A DNA stretch of 64,000 nucleotides, taken from positions 124,001 through 188,000 of the forward strand of contig DF237061.1 in the NCBI GenBank assembly GCA_000708835.1, written 5' to 3'. The stretch is from Klebsormidium nitens. Taxonomy: Eukaryota > Plantae > Klebsormidiophyceae. The translations under genes and the position numbers were made by a program. The notes beneath the pieces were generated by a model, which saw only the letters and a program-made list of their open reading frames with translations, made no database searches and was not told where the DNA came from. Numbering within the stretch: position 1 is the first letter of the stretch; each line of letters opens with the position of its first letter. Positions 60,000 to 64,000 of this stretch are shown here, in pieces.

Positions 60000-62024
60000 T
60001 TGAGGACTTTCCTATTAAGCACAGGTTGAGGTGATACTGTATAAAAGAGTGAAGCTTGTTGACGTCAAACGGTAATGATCATTGCCGAGGGTAAGACCAG
60101 AGCTATAGAACCGTATGCTAGTGATGCCAGGTGTCATCGAAACTCTTTAATCTACACGCGCGCGTAGGCCTTGGTGATCTCGAAATAGTAGACTGGGTAA
60201 CGTAGCGAACAAGCGGGTTAAGTGATGCGCGTGGGTAGAAAGTAAGATAAAAGCCGTTTGAAGTCGGGTCTCGTGCTTCTGGTAGCAGTCGTCGACTTCA
60301 ACCGTCTATACGTTAGAAAGCTATTACACGAAGCACCCGTCGTGAGTATAGGACCGTTGTATGTCAAATTGAACGCGTGTGTATCCGTGCTTTCACTCTC
60401 TATATAGAGATCAGAAGCCACCTCATACTTTACGAAAGTACTTTTCTGAGGACCGCACAAGGAGCAGGTTCGAAGCAATTTGTCCTTCCGCAAGATCTAA
60501 AAACGACATATCGCATTTGATATCTACCGCCGATATTTCGTTTTTGAACAATTTGTCATGCATGAGCCTATCTAGTGTGCTTAACTATGGGCACGTATAT
60601 TCTGACGGTATACCGTCAGAACATGGATAGTCGCATGGAGACTCTCAGAACTCCAATGTAAATCAATCTTGAACTATAGCAAAAGGCGACTCCTACCTGA
60701 GCTCCACGGGGGAAAGTATGAATCTTGCTCGAAATCATCGACCACTGCAAATGGGTCCGACGCAAGCTTTCCTTGACTTCGGCGCAATCAAGTACTCATC
60801 TTCCTGTAATCAACGTCCTGATCCGTGGCTCTATCACCAAATCCATACGTGTAATCAAAGTGAACGCCGTGGCAAAAGCATAAAACAGTATGGCCGCATT
60901 CCGTGTCTGGCCGCAATCCGTGCTCGTCAGGCTGATTGAGGCAGCCAAATGCTCCTAAACGAGGCTTTATCCAGATCACTGATGAAGGGCAGTGAACATT
61001 GAATGCTAGGAAAGAGTTCAGCCGTTGATATGGGCTGATGAAGATTGTGAAGGAGAGAGTTCGCGGGATCTGCATGAGCGTGAGCGAATCAAGACGACGA
61101 AGTTGACTTGTTCGGCACATCCAATGGCCGCAGGGGGCAGACTGCCCTCCTCTCCGAGTCTACCGACAAAGGCATCAAAGCATATGTAAAACATTTAATC
61201 GTCATCGGAGCGAAATGAGCCAAAAACAGACGTGAGGTGACATGTATTTGACGCCCAGAGCCATGAACGTAACACTCGATGTTGATTCAAAAATTTGGAA
61301 AGTCCCTTTCAGTCTGCGGACCTACCCTTGTGGATCGCTGATGGGCAAAAGATACGAGATTCCTGAAATCGCCCTTCGGGGCAACGTCGATCCTCTGTGA
61401 CCCTCATGATCAGACTCCTACCTAAAGTGGAAACAAATCATGCAAGAGGATCCCAAAGGAACACGCACCTATCTAGGTTCGTACGGGTTAGCTTTCGTGT
61501 CTGACTTCTCCGTTCGTCGAGAATGCTCAGGGCCAGACTCACCGGCGGATTGCTTCGGAAAGTTTCCCTGCATCTTCTGCCGGTTCTCCACACTCATTTG
61601 CAGCCAGTGTTTCCCTGCCAAAATCGTGCGTGGGTAGTAAGAGCGTAGTTGCAGATGAGAAGCGACTGTAGGTACGCAGATCAAAGTACAAGAGTCAGAA
61701 AGGATAACCTATGAGGCCACTGCATTTTGAAGCTTGGATGCGATCACCCCATCAATTGCAGAATGGTCGGCCGTCTCAGAGTCAGCTTTCGCCAACCAGC
61801 TCATCAGAACGCTCCGCTCCCTTCGAGTTTGACTTTCCTTCTGAATTGAACATGAAAGCGTGAAATCTTTTCACCCTCACATTGTTAACTTTGCGAAACT
61901 CCATCCATGTGTTTTATTGGAAGGTCCTACTTTATTGAACTCTGGTTCATTCATAAGCTTTGGAAGAGCGGAGGTCGCCGGTCGTCAAACCTCGACGGGT
62001 TTGGAAACGGGGATTGCAAAAGTG

Positions 62025-62201
62025 TGGAGCCGGCTGGAGTCGAACCCGCATCTCTCACGGCAATCGCTCAGCTTTCTGATCGTCACTGTGCCTCGTTTTG
62101 GGCTCAAGCTGACGTCTCAGTGCGTCCTGACGCCATTCAATCGCTCGGGCAACCGCGTTCAGCAGTCCGCCCTGGCGCTCTACCAATTGAGCTACGGCCC
62201 C
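62025..62201 (-). ncRNA. 177-nt tRNA-Ala-like Pol III transcription unit with the anticodon arm replaced by a ~120-nt insert
   Basis: Acceptor stem GGGGCCG/CGGCTCC with a G3-U70 wobble and discriminator A; D arm GCTC-AATTGGTA-GAGC; T arm GCGGG-TTCGACT-CCAGC (one mismatch). It has an A box and B box, TTTT 3 nt downstream, and a TATA-like motif 34-40 nt upstream. There is no canonical anticodon loop. Confidence 0.7.
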
Positions 62202-63671
62202 ATTCCCGAACTTCTTATCTGTAAATCTGTTCGGTATATAAGTCTTCAGTCTAGAAAACAGCTTAATTGTGGGTATGTCTCGTCAACGGGCAGCTCGGCC
62301 GTCCAACTCCGAATCTACGGTGCAGGTGCTGCTTCAGGGCCTATTCGGACAGTTCGAGGTAGCAGAGTCAGCCGTTGAAACCTCTGCAAACAGTCAATGA
62401 TTCGTTTGCGTCTACTGATGAGAGGTTGGAGATAAGATGTTGATAATGAAAAGGAAGCGTTCCAGTCATGGTTCTTCCAGTGATACTCTACAAAACATAC
62501 ATTCGAATCACTATGTTCCATGTCAGATATGTACGTCAAGGACCTTTGACTTGCGTAAGTCAAGGCTGACTGGTAAGTTCAGTTTCTTTGGCGATTGCGG
62601 GGCGATCAAAATAGTGAGCTTCGCATCTTTACTGCGTTTGCAGCTCTCCTCCCTTCTATAAATGTCAGCCTGCAGCCCCGGCCGTTACATACTCATAGCG
62701 CCCAGTAATGAGGGCGAGGGAAAAGTATGGCCCCCGAAAATCGACCACCCTCTTTTCCTTATTCAGCGCCTAGCAGCCTTGATCCGCTTGAGCGCTAAAT
62801 CGACTATACCAATGAAAGGAGTTGTCAGGATTTTTGGGCATGGTTGTGGTTGCATGAATGGATATGGCTCCACATGTCTGAACATCCAGTTAATTTCCTG
62901 ATAAGTCGACTTGTGACGCCGGCTGTCTCCCAGTGGCAAATCAGAACGTAATGGAAAATCGATAATCTGGCGATCAAGGCCGAGGCCAAACTGTTGGACA
63001 GCTTTGGCGACGAGGCGAGGTCGTCCGGATCCAGGAGGCGCCTTCGACTGTTTTTTCGTTTGGCTATGCCAGTATGACCAAGGTTCATGACGTGTTTGAA
63101 TTCTGTCACGTCTAACGCTCAAACAGCATTTCAACCTCGGGTAATGGAAAGATCCATTGTTTCTAACCCCTTACGTCGTAGTTGCAGAGACCCATAGTCA
63201 GGAGGGGCCCATGGCGGAATCGATGCATTGAAGCTGGAGTCTTGCGACCGCCAGGCGACGCCCCGTCTTTCTTCGCAATCATGTCAGCTTGGCTATGAAC
63301 CAAAAGTTTTACTGCTGCTGAAGCAGAGGCACTGAAAGAGGACTGAATCGCTCAGAAAGACAGTGCGTCTTGATCAGGTGCGCCTTCACAAGCAACGCAG
63401 TGGCAGAATATCTCAAGTCTAAACAGATCACAAGATAGTCAAACGCCCCCGTAGGATACGAATTTTACCGTCCAACCATCTTTGACGCATCCCTTTTGAC
63501 ACCTGTCCAGCATTATTCACTTGTCACATCATGTTGGTCTGTCTGCAGAACCAAGACGGACGTGTCGACGTGGCAAAAAAAGGCTACGTGACCGCAGTTC
63601 TACGCCATTGCTGGACAGGACAGCCGGTGCGGGCGCTTAATTGTGGTCTTCTCAGTTCGAGGGATTGAAAA

Positions 63672-64000
63672 ATGGCGTCAAGCATGTCAATGGCGCCGGC
63701 GGCGGGTCATTGGCTGGCAGCATCGCGTCGCGTCCTGAATCCTGAAGGTGGCGCGTCTGTGGGAAAGAGGGACGTCCACATTTTGCAGAGGTTAAATATC
63801 ACTATGCCAAACGGGCCTTCAAATCTCCTTGGTAGAGAGCTTCAGCGCTCTCAGAATATGGCACTGCCCACTACAAGGTTAAAATTCCATTGCACTAAGA
63901 GGCCCTGTCACATGGCCCGCCCTTTCTGTACTCTCGCATCAAGCAGAACCCCAGATGCATCCTGGCAGTGGCCACGTGGCGAAGCCTTTTTTCGGAGGCA
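63672..64000 (+). CDS. 5' end of a gene running off the window; N-terminus resembles an organellar transit peptide
   Basis: ATG in an aaaaATGGCG context, then 109 codons with no stop to the window end (MASSMSMAPAAGHWLAASRRVLNPEGG...), Ser/Ala/Arg-rich. It is absent from the ORF track, presumably because it has no stop in the window. Confidence 0.5.
   Translation, partial: MASSMSMAPAAGHWLAASRRVLNPEGGASVGKRDVHILQRLNITMPNGPSNLLGRELQRSQNMALPTTRLKFHCTKRPCHMARPFCTLASSRTPDASWQWPRGEAFFRR

Noticed and set aside
59115-60022. 282-aa minus-strand ORF and other overlapping ORFs
   Set aside because: Antisense shadows of the GC-rich last exon of the hypothetical gene; only the plus frame joins upstream exons with valid splice phases.
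60000-61900. Scattered short ORFs between the hypothetical gene and the tRNA-like unit
   Set aside because: No coherent frame, splice structure or motif; treated as intergenic.
62025-62201. Calling this a standard tRNA-Ala, an intron-containing tRNA, or a true tmRNA
   Set aside because: No valid anticodon loop can be built with a 37/38 intron (positions 33-37 are C-GGA-C). It has a full D stem, is about half the length of tmRNA, and its internal frame (ALRRQLEPK...ERLP) does not resemble a proteolysis tag.

Overview
Intron-rich nuclear DNA of a green plant-lineage eukaryote. The gene content (nuclear PsbTn, an RLK/Pelle kinase, GLRs, UBP3/4) and style fit a streptophyte alga such as Klebsormidium; this is inference and cannot be proved from the sequence alone. 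All gene models were spliced by hand from splice signals and checked for frame. In order: the 3' end of an ALDH3 gene; a head-to-head pair of ionotropic glutamate receptor-like genes (both 517 aa, with M4 but no amino-terminal domain); an MFSD9-like MFS transporter; a Lys-rich conserved protein; PsbTn; EMC3; UBP3/4; a single-pass receptor-like kinase; a decayed carotenoid cleavage dioxygenase pseudogene; a fused YeeE/YedE-type membrane protein with a 762-N gap in intron 1; an S/T-P-rich hypothetical protein; a 177-nt tRNA-Ala-like Pol III unit with its anticodon arm replaced; and the start of a gene running off the window. There is also a 272-bp hAT-type MITE with an 8-bp TSD, a degenerate relative of it in the GLR intergenic region, and GTAC- and GATC-dense islands. 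The strongest leads are (1) the divergent GLR pair, with an atypical pore helix on a conserved 32-nt microexon and loss of the ligand-binding Arg in one partner; (2) the tRNA-Ala-like RNA; and (3) recurrent intronic 'echoes' of exon edges that duplicate splice sites in three genes. No CRISPR array or rRNA was found.
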